Under the pieces are notes generated by a model. It saw only the letters and a list, made by a program, of their open reading frames with translations, was not told the origin of the DNA and searched no databases. The position numbers were made by a program, and so were the translations under genes. From a virus, in the IMG/VR virus record IMGVR_UViG_3300023174_000079, positions 54,974 to 118,973 of that record: DNA of 64,000 nucleotides, one strand, 5' to 3'. Positions 1 through 10,040 of this stretch are shown here, piece after piece (positions within the stretch are counted from its first letter, which is position 1; each line of letters begins with the position of its first letter).

Positions 1-86
1 TTTGACAATGCATTCTCATCAAGCATCGTTGCTTCGCTATTCATTGAATCAAGTTTCTTAAAAATATTATCAATCTCTTTACTCAT
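1..86 (-). CDS. 5' end of a gene running off the window, probably UvsX/RecA-like recombinase
   Basis: ATG at 86 (minus) reads MSKEIDNIFKKLDSMNSEATMLDENALS; has its own TTGATT-16-TATAAT promoter; position downstream of gp43 is typical of uvsX in T4-like phages; catalytic motifs lie outside the window. Confidence 0.45.
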   Translation of the reverse strand, partial: MSKEIDNIFKKLDSMNSEATMLDENALS

Positions 87-130
87 ATAGTACCTATTAT
101 ACTGTCATATTATTTGTAATCAAGAGCATA

Positions 131-165
131 AAATAAAAAAAACGCCCGACCTAAGCCGGGCGTTT
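131..165 (-). terminator. Rho-independent terminator
   Basis: Stem AAACGCCCG(140-148)/CGGGCGTTT(157-165), followed on the minus strand by a T-run, just after the stop of ORF 196-555. Confidence 0.8.
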
Positions 166-195
166 AATCTGGTTTCTTTGAGAGCAGATTACGGT

Positions 196-555
196 TTACT
201 CATCAAAAAGCTTTACAACTGCAGGCTCGGTAGTCGGTGTAGCTGCAGGAGCTGTAAAGAGCTTGCTATACTGATCAACAAGACGAGGATCATTGTCAAC
301 ATCGACGCCGACAACAACGTTAGCATAGTGATACTTCCAAGTCGTGCCATTCTCCTTTGACTTATCACCGACGAATTCGCGGAAATAAAGAGGAATAGTC
401 TGAACGTTAAGCTGACCCTGTTGAGTTGGCTGGACGTGAATAATAGCGGGGTTCTTTACAAGAAAGGACGCACCGTTGTCTACATCACCAACAGCCTCGC
501 CAATAATAGTGCGGCCGATGTGATCAATGAAGGTAAGAAGTTTTGTTTCGCTCAT
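196..555 (-). CDS. Hypothetical protein, possibly small Sm/SH3-like beta-barrel of T4-like phages
   Basis: 119-aa ORF between gp43 and uvsX, IIGE..FLVKNPAII beta-strand pattern, followed by a terminator. Confidence 0.6.
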   Translation of the reverse strand: MSETKLLTFIDHIGRTIIGEAVGDVDNGASFLVKNPAIIHVQPTQQGQLNVQTIPLYFREFVGDKSKENGTTWKYHYANVVVGVDVDNDPRLVDQYSKLFTAPAATPTTEPAVVKLFDE

Positions 556-592
556 ATCTCTTATATATTAAGCTATCGATTATTAAAATCAA

Positions 593-3181
593 CTAATTCA
601 TGCCAAGAAGATCGAAAAGATCAATTTGTACGTCATTACCGGGCTTCTTTACTGTCCAGTTAACTGCTTCATAAAAACGCTCAATAACTGAATAGATAAT
701 CTTTTCAAACATCTTCTCATAGTCGATCTCAAACACTGATTGAAACTCCTTTGGATAGTAATATTTGTATCCTACAACAGATAGACCGAAACTATTTGGC
801 TTCTTAACCTCAAAGAAGCGTACCTTATCACCTGACGCCATCTTCTCGTATTTTCTTTCAATACCAAATCTATCAAGAAGAATATTATGGTAGTACGCAG
901 CTTTAACATGCTTAGGCATTCCTTTTACTGTCTCAAAGCCGCTGCATCGGTTAGCGTATTTTTCATATCCTTTTACACCCATCACAAATGCAATGTCCTC
1001 GAGAGGTAAACTCTTAAAGATTTCATACGTCTCGTTAAATATTTTATTTGTCATTGTGTAGTCTTTGGTAAGAAGCATTGTTTCAATAATCTTCTTTACA
1101 TAAGGTTTGATAGGAGCAGGCATTGTAGTACGTACTACTTCAACGCCTGTATACTTAAACTTTTTACCTGGTATACCTTCAACGTCGAGAGTATGTAGAA
1201 CATAGCGCTTCTTAGCTAAGAATAAACCTACATCTGCAATCGCTTCACGTTTGAACACTAGACGGCAGTCCTTTGATCCTAAAGAACTCTTTCCCCATAC
1301 AATAATCTCCTTATTTAAATGATCTTCAATTTCTTCGACTGCCTTATAGTACTCAGGTGCAACATTACCGTCTTTATCAAAGACGGGTATTTTTTTCGCT
1401 TTAACTAAATGCTTAATAGAAATGTAGCTAGAGTCGGTATCGTTATAGATAATAGGAGAATTCTCTTGCAATTCTTCATCGGATAACCCGGTATTCGTTT
1501 TAATATAATCCGTTAAGATACGATTAGATTCCTTAATAACTGCTTGACCTGTAAGCGTGATTGAATTTGCTAAATCGTCATCTCCAAGTGGACTGTGTTT
1601 GTTACCGAAGTATCCATATACAGTGTTCATCAAGATCTTTATTGTATGTTGACGAATATTAAGCCGATCTACTTCAACTTGAAGATCTTTATATTCCTGT
1701 GTATCATCCTTAAGAGTAACAAGCTTCTTTTTAGCTTTTGTAAGCTGCTTCTTTACTTCAACACGCTTACTGTAATAGTAATCAATTGTATCAGGAATGA
1801 TGCCTTTCTCTTTTTGTGTAAACAAGATCTTAGCTCTTGAGATAGCTATCTCTTCCTGCTTAACAAACGAAGCAAACTTATCATGATTGAGCGTAAAAGT
1901 CTGCCCATTAACATGCTTGATTGTTATATCTTTTTCTGTACTGTTAACAATCTTCCCGACTTTTGTCTCGGGTGAAAGATTTAACGTGATCATCGTGTTT
2001 GGATACAGGCTATTTGCGTCAAGAGATACTATATGCTCTTGGAATCCTTTCTGAGGATCGGCAACATAAGCGCCTTCGTTCTTTGGACCTTCTTTAACAT
2101 CTTTAACAAACGTAGGGATACGCTTATCTTTTAACCGAGCTCGTATGGAGCAAAGCCCGGTAATGACTGACAGTGATCCTAGAGCACCTTCAAACGTCGT
2201 AAGACCAGCGTACGCGATCATTCTCAATAATTGAATGTACTGAAGTTTTTGTTCCAGTCTTACAAGCAGATTAACGTCTTGAATATTGTAATCAACGAAT
2301 GTATCCCAATCACCATCTGCTAGTTCTGTAAGATTTTGATCACCGTAATCAATCTTTCTCTCCTGTAATTCAATTTCACCGATTGCATCTAGCTTATAGG
2401 ACTCGCGTAATGTCTGACAAAAGCGCTTATAGATATCGAGATAATCTACACAAGAAAGCCCTTCAATGTGCCATTTGACTTGCTCTCTACCATACTTTCC
2501 CATAAACGTTCTTGAACGTAATGAACCTGCAGGAGAAAGTCTTTGCATAGCCTCTTCGCCAAGAACCTTTCTTACCCTATTAATAACATACGGTACGTCA
2601 AAGAACTCTGAGTTCCATCCTGAAAGAATATCTGGATAATCTTTGCTAAAGAAATCTACAAACTTACGTAGTAATTCCTCTTCAGTCTTACATGCTATAT
2701 AAACAACATCAGATGATTTAGCTGTATAAGGCTTAAGTCCCCAAGAATAAAATTTCTTCGTAATTGTATCATAAATGGTAATAATATTAATTGTATCGTT
2801 CGGATCTTGGGGATCAGGAAATGCATCTGGTGAATAGGTCTCGATATCGATAAAATGTACCTTCAATTGATGCTTTGTAAAATCGGGCTTTTCATTCTCT
2901 TGCCAGTATGCATCGATTAAGAACTGTTGATAGACGTTAAAGTTTTCAAAGACTCTTGTTACTTTATTATCCTTAAGATACCGCGAACGATCGTATTGAT
3001 TCCTAAATCTCTTCTTCTTTAACTTAGTATTGAAGATGCTCATAGCATCAGGAGCATTATTTGTCTCAAGATAAATGTATGGCTCGTACGTAGAGGGTAT
3101 TGTTATTCGTTTACCGTTTTCATCCCAAGTATGAAGGTAAATTGTCTGTTCTTGCGGAGAGTATGAAACGTTCCTATACAC
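593..3181 (-). CDS. 43: Family B DNA polymerase (T4 gp43-like)
   Basis: Exonuclease motifs DIET, GWNSEFFD, YNIQD; polymerase motifs SLDANSLYP, KILMNTVYG, YNDTDS, KKRY; C-terminal clamp-binding-like LFDLL. Confidence 0.97.
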   Translation of the reverse strand: MYRNVSYSPQEQTIYLHTWDENGKRITIPSTYEPYIYLETNNAPDAMSIFNTKLKKKRFRNQYDRSRYLKDNKVTRVFENFNVYQQFLIDAYWQENEKPDFTKHQLKVHFIDIETYSPDAFPDPQDPNDTINIITIYDTITKKFYSWGLKPYTAKSSDVVYIACKTEEELLRKFVDFFSKDYPDILSGWNSEFFDVPYVINRVRKVLGEEAMQRLSPAGSLRSRTFMGKYGREQVKWHIEGLSCVDYLDIYKRFCQTLRESYKLDAIGEIELQERKIDYGDQNLTELADGDWDTFVDYNIQDVNLLVRLEQKLQYIQLLRMIAYAGLTTFEGALGSLSVITGLCSIRARLKDKRIPTFVKDVKEGPKNEGAYVADPQKGFQEHIVSLDANSLYPNTMITLNLSPETKVGKIVNSTEKDITIKHVNGQTFTLNHDKFASFVKQEEIAISRAKILFTQKEKGIIPDTIDYYYSKRVEVKKQLTKAKKKLVTLKDDTQEYKDLQVEVDRLNIRQHTIKILMNTVYGYFGNKHSPLGDDDLANSITLTGQAVIKESNRILTDYIKTNTGLSDEELQENSPIIYNDTDSSYISIKHLVKAKKIPVFDKDGNVAPEYYKAVEEIEDHLNKEIIVWGKSSLGSKDCRLVFKREAIADVGLFLAKKRYVLHTLDVEGIPGKKFKYTGVEVVRTTMPAPIKPYVKKIIETMLLTKDYTMTNKIFNETYEIFKSLPLEDIAFVMGVKGYEKYANRCSGFETVKGMPKHVKAAYYHNILLDRFGIERKYEKMASGDKVRFFEVKKPNSFGLSVVGYKYYYPKEFQSVFEIDYEKMFEKIIYSVIERFYEAVNWTVKKPGNDVQIDLFDLLGMN

Positions 3182-3187
3182 ACCAAT

Positions 3188-3216
3188 AGTATACTACCAC
3201 TAATTATTGCAATCAA
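3188..3216 (-). promoter_or_regulatory. sigma70-type promoter of gp43 (leaderless)
   Basis: Minus strand TTGATT-17-TATACT-6 nt-GTG. Confidence 0.7.
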
Positions 3217-4451
3217 GCCTTAATACCATTAATAGCATTAAGCAACTTTCTATCTTTATGACCGAAGGGAAGTGTATGAAGCTCAACATATTTGTTGATA
3301 TTGTCCTCGTTCTCTAACCAACGATCTTCAGCCATCTTACGCATTTTAGCAGATATGTTCATATATCTACCTTTCTTAGAGAGAACATCATCCACGATAT
3401 CAATCATCTCCTCACCGGTGTCAAACTTATACGGCGCGTTTTCGTACGTAACAAGATTCTGACAGGCAATTGGCAAACCGTAGCAGCATGCTTCGACGAG
3501 CTTAAGATCAGATTTTGCTTTGTTAAACGTATTATCCTGAAGAGGAGCGACCATCATCTGGACATTCAAGCTAGCAATCTTTTCTGGATATCTATAGAGG
3601 GTCTCCCATGGGTGGTATTCAAACTCTTTGCTCTGAATAAGATCATGAAGTGGTAGTGGGTATGCACCGAGGAATACCCACTGATATTTGTCCTTTGTTG
3701 CGCGAATTACCTGATTAACATGCGCAAAGTCATCATTTTGTCCAACACGATTATCAACATCAAAATGAGCTCCAGAGCCGGCGTAAAGAATTCGAGGCTT
3801 CTTTTGATAGCGATCGTAATTATCTGAAATTTTCTTTTCGTTATAGAAGTTTCCCATCCAGAATTTTGGCGGGTAATTAGGAATAACAGTAACGTTCTTG
3901 TTAGCAGTTTTACCCATATAGTACTCTTTCATGAAATCACAGGTTACTGTAATCTCATCGCACAGCTCCATAATCTCTTGTGCTGTTTTGCGAATTTCAG
4001 GATTAACAAAAGCTGGCTTGAACTTATTGTACTCGGGAATATCTTCACTAAACACGAGATCATCAATCTCGTAAATAATTCTAAAACCTAATTGCTTACT
4101 AAGCTCTTTAAGAAATTTAACAAATTGAAGCTGATGCGGCGTGGCTTGACGTTGAATGCGTACGCATTCTGTTCCTCGAAAATAATTCGGATCAAAACAC
4201 ATCATCGTACTACCGTGTACAACCATCTTTTGATGAGCGTTTAAGATATGTTCAGGCCAAATCAATCGCCAAAATCCACAACCGCTATAATCTGCATAGT
4301 AATTCATTACTCGTTTTAACGAGAGTTCAGGAGGTTGTGGTAGGGCCTCGGGTACAGATTGTTGTATAGGCTGCATCCCGAATGGCGCCACAAAGGGAGA
4401 AGTGAAAGGTGAGGCAAAGGGCGATGCAAACGGGCTCGGTGTCATGTTCAT
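3213..4451 (-). CDS. GT-B fold glycosyltransferase (GT4-like), candidate DNA-modifying enzyme
   Basis: SGCGFWRLIWP, IIYEIDD, APLQDNTFNKAKSDLKLVE motifs typical of phage GT-B enzymes; located between gp46 and gp43. Confidence 0.8.
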   Translation of the reverse strand: MNMTPSPFASPFASPFTSPFVAPFGMQPIQQSVPEALPQPPELSLKRVMNYYADYSGCGFWRLIWPEHILNAHQKMVVHGSTMMCFDPNYFRGTECVRIQRQATPHQLQFVKFLKELSKQLGFRIIYEIDDLVFSEDIPEYNKFKPAFVNPEIRKTAQEIMELCDEITVTCDFMKEYYMGKTANKNVTVIPNYPPKFWMGNFYNEKKISDNYDRYQKKPRILYAGSGAHFDVDNRVGQNDDFAHVNQVIRATKDKYQWVFLGAYPLPLHDLIQSKEFEYHPWETLYRYPEKIASLNVQMMVAPLQDNTFNKAKSDLKLVEACCYGLPIACQNLVTYENAPYKFDTGEEMIDIVDDVLSKKGRYMNISAKMRKMAEDRWLENEDNINKYVELHTLPFGHKDRKLLNAINGIKA

Positions 4452-4455
4452 ATAA

Positions 4456-6267
4456 TTATATGGCAGTGTCTACGTAATCAACGCGTTTTGTAATACCATT
4501 ACTCTTTTCCAGGAAAATAACATCACCGGTAGCTGCTTTCACGCTTTCTTTACGGTGACTGATAACCATGATGCTTTCGTTATATTTTTCAACACGCTCC
4601 TTCAGTACATTAATAACAAGTTCGATACCACGAGCATCTAAACTCGAATCAAATAGTTCGTCGTAAATACTAAAGTTAAAACATACATCACCCTGTAATC
4701 TACGCATATCCATGAATGTAAAGAGACAAGCAAGGTCCATATTCTTTCTCTCAGCTCCGCTAAAATTAAAATACGAACGCTGTGCTCCTTTAATATCAAC
4801 GATTTCCTCTTCAAAATATTCATTAAACGTACAAATACAGTTGGCGTCCATTTTCTGAAGATAGTAAGCAAGTTTGCTATTAAACAATTGAAGTATTTTC
4901 TTAACAATATATGACTTTACACCTTCCTCTGAGACAACAAATTTTACAACATCTAATACGTTTGTTGTTTCTTTAATTGTTTCAAGACCAGTTGTCAATC
5001 TTGTAAGCTCTTGCTGCTTTTCATCGATTAATGTATCAAACTGCGTTGACGCTTGCTCGAGATCTTTTAAATCCTGATCAAGCATTGTTTGCCATTCATT
5101 TAATTGAATTAAACGTGCTTGTCGATTTTGTTGATCTTTTATTTCGAGATTATATGCATGAATACTATTTTCTAATGTACTGATCTTAGTGTTGACATCA
5201 TTACGCTTTAAAACAAGTGTCGACTCAATATCAGTCTGGTCATTAATAATTTGTTTATGATCTTCAATGTCGTTAGTAAGCTTCTGCTTTTCCTTCTTAA
5301 TATGGTCCTTATCAGTTTCTTTGATCGAGCGTAAACATGTGGGGCATTTATCTTTATCTGTACCTACGGCATTTATTTGTTTTTGAATTTGTGTTATCAA
5401 TGTTTGACTCTCACTTCTTGTGTGTCTACAAGCTTGTATCTTATCATCGACTTTAGTATTAGCATCTTTGAGCTTGGTGATAGCAGCATTAATATTATCA
5501 ATACTTTTTTCTTTAAAAGAATTTATTATTTCTGTCACTTCAACAATTTCTTTAGCATTATTAATCTTTCGTTGTGTGTACTTTTCATGCTTTTGCTTTC
5601 GTTCATCAAGAGTATTGTCTCGCTGACGAATATAGCTTCTAAGAACCTTATCTACTTCCTCATACCTAGTACCTTCAATATCAAGAGATTTTTTATTTTC
5701 TGTTACATCGGCTTTTAACAAGGTCGACATATTACTGAATACACCGAGATTAAAAATATCTTCAATAAATTTTCTCTTTTCTTGTTTCTTTTTCGCCATA
5801 AACGGAGTAGTGTTGTTTATGGTCATAATCACACAATTCTGAAATATTTCAGGCGTGCAATTAAACTTCTTCATAATGAAGTTATTTGTATTTGAAATAC
5901 TATCTCTTGTTTTATCCTCATCGTTAATATAGATAAAGCATTTTGAGGGCTCTAATGTACGTACAATTTTAATATTTTCAATGGTATCAAATTGATTAAT
6001 TGTTGCTTCTAATATAACTTCGCAGTTTTTCTTGTTGATGCTATTAACAATAAATTCTTTTTTAAGATCTCTAAGTGTTTCACCAAATACAGCAAAGTTG
6101 ATAGCATCAGCTATTGTCGATTTACCGACACCATTTTGTCGATCCTCCTTGTCTTTATTGATACCTGTAATAATATGGAGACCACGTTTAAAGTCTACAG
6201 TAACAGGGGCATTACCGACGGAGAGAAAATTCTTTATCGTTATATTTTTGAAATTAATTTGTTTCAT
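4456..6267 (-). CDS. 46: gp46 SMC/Rad50-like recombination ATPase
   Basis: Walker A NGVGKS, zinc hook CPTC, signature FSGAE, Walker B YDELFDSSLD, ISH. Confidence 0.96.
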   Translation of the reverse strand: MKQINFKNITIKNFLSVGNAPVTVDFKRGLHIITGINKDKEDRQNGVGKSTIADAINFAVFGETLRDLKKEFIVNSINKKNCEVILEATINQFDTIENIKIVRTLEPSKCFIYINDEDKTRDSISNTNNFIMKKFNCTPEIFQNCVIMTINNTTPFMAKKKQEKRKFIEDIFNLGVFSNMSTLLKADVTENKKSLDIEGTRYEEVDKVLRSYIRQRDNTLDERKQKHEKYTQRKINNAKEIVEVTEIINSFKEKSIDNINAAITKLKDANTKVDDKIQACRHTRSESQTLITQIQKQINAVGTDKDKCPTCLRSIKETDKDHIKKEKQKLTNDIEDHKQIINDQTDIESTLVLKRNDVNTKISTLENSIHAYNLEIKDQQNRQARLIQLNEWQTMLDQDLKDLEQASTQFDTLIDEKQQELTRLTTGLETIKETTNVLDVVKFVVSEEGVKSYIVKKILQLFNSKLAYYLQKMDANCICTFNEYFEEEIVDIKGAQRSYFNFSGAERKNMDLACLFTFMDMRRLQGDVCFNFSIYDELFDSSLDARGIELVINVLKERVEKYNESIMVISHRKESVKAATGDVIFLEKSNGITKRVDYVDTAI

Positions 6268-7322
6268 ATTTCGCTTGCGCGTTTATATAAATCAGCACAA
6301 TACTTGATTATATTCTCTTTGTTGTCAATATCTAGCACGTTAATAAATTCCTCAATAGTTGCCTGCATATTCACCCCAGTTGATTCATAACCCTTATCGT
6401 CAATATTGTAATTATTTTCCGTATAGGTATAATCTGTAGTAAATGCTAATGGCTTATAGACAGAAAACTTTTGAATTAAAGCGTCAATAGCATCACTATT
6501 TGCTTTCTTATCGACAACAAATTTAACAAAATTACCGTTAACCATTTCATTAATATCTGCGCCAGTCAGCGACTTAGCGTTCGTCAATTCAGTAAGTGAT
6601 ATCTTTCTGTGCTTTGGTGATATATTATTTTCAAAGAAATTATAATTTAGTGTTTCAAGGTCGAGAGTATAATACCCTTTAATACCACCTAGGTCGCCAA
6701 AATCCATCTCAAACGGATTACCGACATATACGATTGTACCGTCATTATATACTCTTTCGTCTCTAAGATGGAAGTGACCTGACATCACAAGCTTTGCTTT
6801 AGTAAGCAGATCACGAGTCTTAGTACCGTGATCACATGTCTTAAAGCTGTTCATTTTAAAGCTCTCAATTTCTAAATGCCCAAAAATAGCATCAGATTTT
6901 GGTAAATCTGAAATATCGCCTCCCCAGGGAATAAATGTAAACGTCTTGCCAAAGAGAGTACTCGTTGTTGTTTCACTAATAACAGTTAAATTTTTTCTAC
7001 CACTAAGAATGGATAATGAATTAACGTCGGAACGATCCTTATAATAGGCGTCGTGGTTACCGACGATCATAACTACATTAAACTCACTTAGCTTATCTAA
7101 AACTAGACTTGCAACATGTAATGTAGAAACGGATATGTCACTTCTATGATGATAGAAGTCACCAAGAAATAAGACATCTCTAATATCTTGCTTTTTAAGC
7201 TCCGATACAAACCAATCACACCATTCTAGAGCAACTTGATGCCATGTAGTAGAATCAAGATGTACTCCTAAATGTAGATCGGAAAATATAGCTACTTTTG
7301 ATTTGTTTAAAAATAAATCCAC
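6264..7322 (-). CDS. 47: gp47 Mre11/SbcD-like nuclease
   Basis: DLHLG, GDFYH, GNHD, GHFH phosphoesterase motifs; adjacent to gp46. Confidence 0.95.
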   Translation of the reverse strand: MDLFLNKSKVAIFSDLHLGVHLDSTTWHQVALEWCDWFVSELKKQDIRDVLFLGDFYHHRSDISVSTLHVASLVLDKLSEFNVVMIVGNHDAYYKDRSDVNSLSILSGRKNLTVISETTTSTLFGKTFTFIPWGGDISDLPKSDAIFGHLEIESFKMNSFKTCDHGTKTRDLLTKAKLVMSGHFHLRDERVYNDGTIVYVGNPFEMDFGDLGGIKGYYTLDLETLNYNFFENNISPKHRKISLTELTNAKSLTGADINEMVNGNFVKFVVDKKANSDAIDALIQKFSVYKPLAFTTDYTYTENNYNIDDKGYESTGVNMQATIEEFINVLDIDNKENIIKYCADLYKRASEI

Positions 7323-7324
7323 AA

Positions 7325-7936
7325 TTATTCGTCAGCGTCATCACCTGTGGGCTCAATATAAATATGAGCACCGTTATTTTCTTCAGGGTTAAGCATTAAT
7401 TCTGTATAGACTTTTTCTCTATACTCGTTAATGGCTTCATGATGCTTCTTTTCTTTTTTAATTCTATTAATAAAAGCGTGAAATGCAATAGTAGTGAAAT
7501 ATGAAAACGGACTAAATCCACAATCGATCTTAAACTTCTTATTCTTTAATGCTGAAAACATCTTAACAACAGCATCGCCGACCATATCTTCCTTATACGA
7601 ATAATTTAAAAAATTAGGGGCATAAGAAAGACCGTTGGCTATTTTATTAATACTTTCACACAGCTTATCAGTCATTGTGTCTGTTTTATAGTAGTTTCTT
7701 ATTTCGTCTTCGAATTCTCGGCTATTGACGTAATGAACCTTATCCTTTGGCTTGATCTTTTTAGGTGTTTCAACTTCATCAGCAATAGGCAGCGTCTGAA
7801 TAATCTCTTGTGGAAGAACCTCTACGATATCTTCCTCCTCGGATGTGAGATTAAGATCTAAGATAATAGGATCAGCTTTAGCCTTCTTACTTTTCTTCGA
7901 TTTCTTTGATTGCAAATGGGATGTGTTCTTTTTCAT
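7325..7936 (-). CDS. 55: gp55 late-transcription sigma factor
   Basis: HYVNSREF, IANGLSYAPNFLNYSYKEDMVGDA, PFSYFTTIAFHAFINRIKKEKK. Confidence 0.93.
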   Translation of the reverse strand: MKKNTSHLQSKKSKKSKKAKADPIILDLNLTSEEEDIVEVLPQEIIQTLPIADEVETPKKIKPKDKVHYVNSREFEDEIRNYYKTDTMTDKLCESINKIANGLSYAPNFLNYSYKEDMVGDAVVKMFSALKNKKFKIDCGFSPFSYFTTIAFHAFINRIKKEKKHHEAINEYREKVYTELMLNPEENNGAHIYIEPTGDDADE

Positions 7937-9350
7937 AAAGTGCTTGTCGTTTTAATGCATGTGCAGCGCTATAGCGGAGATCATCAGTAATATCAAATAT
8001 TATAAGCTTAGTTTTATCTTTATGCAACCTAAGACCTCTACCAATCGATTGAACAATTTTTATCTTGGCCTTACCACCGCATGCAAAGATTATATAATGT
8101 AAATTTTTAATATTGATTCCGGTTGAGAAGATTTTTGATATAGCTACTACCACGACATTGCTATTAGTCTCCATGAGCTGTCTGACTCTATCACGCTCCT
8201 CTACTTCAACTTCTCCGCGAATAAAAAAGCATTGTTTCTCAGGCATCATACGCTGAACGATATCGAATAATAGTTCGCCGTGTTGGATATAATCAACCAT
8301 TATAAGAGAATTTTGATTCAGACCCTTAGTAAGCTTTGCAATGAGTTCGTTTCGAAAGGTGGAGGTCGTGAGGTATTCTAGTTCTTCTCTATATGCATTT
8401 CCGCCATCAGTTTTTTTTGGTACGTTCTTATGTAAAAGTTTAATAACCTGAATTGATGCATTACTTACATAGTTATCTTGTCTTAGATCGTAGCTATTTT
8501 TTTCATAGATAACCGGGCCAATCTTACCGATAATATTCCATTGATCTAAGCTCTCCTCAGGCATTGTACCTGTAAATCCAAACCTATAAGGTGTTTTAAT
8601 TTTCTTAAGAATATCGTTTACTTTATTACCTTTACGAATTTTATGTACTTCATCGACAATTAACAGGTCGATGTCCTCCAGCCAATCTAAATTACTATTT
8701 TTGCTTTGTAAGATACCAAGATTTGATACAATTACGTTAGATGATAGATCTAAATCATCGTCACCTGTCCATTTTGAAACTTTAAATGGTACACCGTAAT
8801 CAATAAAATCTTGATAGGTCTGCGATGCAAGACCACGATCTGGTACAATAAAGAGACATTTAAAGTCTTGTTTATTGTATGGTGACATATAGAGTCGATA
8901 GACTTTGGAAATTAGTGAAGCTGACGTTAGTGTTTTGCCACCTGCAGTAGCAAGAATAATAGTACCCCTTCCATTAAAAAGACATTCCTTTACGATATCT
9001 TCTTGATAGTCTCTAAGGCTTAATTTAAGTGGGTATATTTCATTTTTAAAATCTAACTGTTGATGCCAACCGTGTCTTGCTGGTACAACCTGATCAAAAA
9101 CATCTTTATTATATTCAATTTCACCTACGTATTGCTGACTGGTGAGAAACTTTTTAATCTCAACAAAAAGACATGGCTCAAATCTACCGGTTGGTGTTAT
9201 CGCGTAGGTTCGCGAAGGCATAAACCTACCTCGTCTACGCATAAAATGTGCTGCTTCATTTTTTACAGAGAAATGCTCACGTATTTCATCAAACATATCA
9301 CCTGATAATACACCGAGTCTTTTTTTCTTATCGTAATCAAATTTTATCAT
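7887..9350 (-). CDS. uvsW: UvsW SF2 helicase
   Basis: LRDYQ, ATAGGKT, DEVH, TGT, QSIGRGLR. Confidence 0.95.
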   Translation of the reverse strand: MIKFDYDKKKRLGVLSGDMFDEIREHFSVKNEAAHFMRRRGRFMPSRTYAITPTGRFEPCLFVEIKKFLTSQQYVGEIEYNKDVFDQVVPARHGWHQQLDFKNEIYPLKLSLRDYQEDIVKECLFNGRGTIILATAGGKTLTSASLISKVYRLYMSPYNKQDFKCLFIVPDRGLASQTYQDFIDYGVPFKVSKWTGDDDLDLSSNVIVSNLGILQSKNSNLDWLEDIDLLIVDEVHKIRKGNKVNDILKKIKTPYRFGFTGTMPEESLDQWNIIGKIGPVIYEKNSYDLRQDNYVSNASIQVIKLLHKNVPKKTDGGNAYREELEYLTTSTFRNELIAKLTKGLNQNSLIMVDYIQHGELLFDIVQRMMPEKQCFFIRGEVEVEERDRVRQLMETNSNVVVVAISKIFSTGINIKNLHYIIFACGGKAKIKIVQSIGRGLRLHKDKTKLIIFDITDDLRYSAAHALKRQALYEKEHIPFAIKEIEEK

Positions 9351-9736
9351 GTTGTCTCAAGCTGCATTATCTTGATAATATTTGATATATCATATGAACA
9401 GCTACTTAGCGTTTTTTCGGAACGTTCGAGAAGTTCAACAAGAAGATCAGTGTCTTGAATTTGCTTGTTAATATCTTGAATCCTGCTATGTTTATCGGCA
9501 GTAGCAGCAATAACAGGTTGTGTTAGTTTAACAGCGCTCGTATGATCGATTTCTGACATAATATCAGCTTTTACTTTATCTTTTTGCTTCTTAAGCTGAT
9601 TAATATGTGATTTCAATCGAATCATTCTTCCTGTCCATTTATGCTTTATAGCAGGAAGACGAAGCTGATAATCTTTAAGATTGAGTTCGTTAATCTTAAG
9701 ATCTTCTTCTAATTCTTTAATGTATTCTTCAAGCAT
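9347..9736 (-). CDS. uvsY: UvsY recombination mediator
   Basis: Helical protein EEDLKINELNL...LPAIKHKW...YDISNII upstream of uvsW; ATG at 9736 preferred over the ORF-track start. Confidence 0.75.
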   Translation of the reverse strand: MLEEYIKELEEDLKINELNLKDYQLRLPAIKHKWTGRMIRLKSHINQLKKQKDKVKADIMSEIDHTSAVKLTQPVIAATADKHSRIQDINKQIQDTDLLVELLERSEKTLSSCSYDISNIIKIMQLETT

Positions 9737-9771
9737 TAACCTTAAATATAATATAAGATACCTAAAAATCA

Positions 9772-10029
9772 ATGAGTAAATTTAACAGGCTTGTAGAAGA
9801 ACTTTTATCTGAAATGGCAGCGAATGTCGCTGGTGGTGCTGGTGCTGTTACAGGTCCGGTAACATCGGGTAATTACGGAAATCAGTTTCCCTCACAAAAT
9901 GATAGTGCATATGCACCTAATGATGCACGCGTACCTACTATACTAGGTGTTAAATCTTCAGGTAAAAAGAAAAAAAAGAAAGTTAAAGTACCTATTCAGC
10001 GTAGAAGTATATATTTACCGAGAATGTAA
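9772..10029 (+). CDS. Small putative virion-internal protein containing a copy of the gp23 N-arm and a poly-Lys tail
   Basis: MSKFNRLVEELLSE leader; YGNQFPSQNDSAYAPNDARVPTIL matches gp23 residues 79-102 at 21/24; KKKKKK tail. Confidence 0.85.
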   Translation: MSKFNRLVEELLSEMAANVAGGAGAVTGPVTSGNYGNQFPSQNDSAYAPNDARVPTILGVKSSGKKKKKKVKVPIQRRSIYLPRM

Positions 10030-10040
10030 TAACTATCTGT

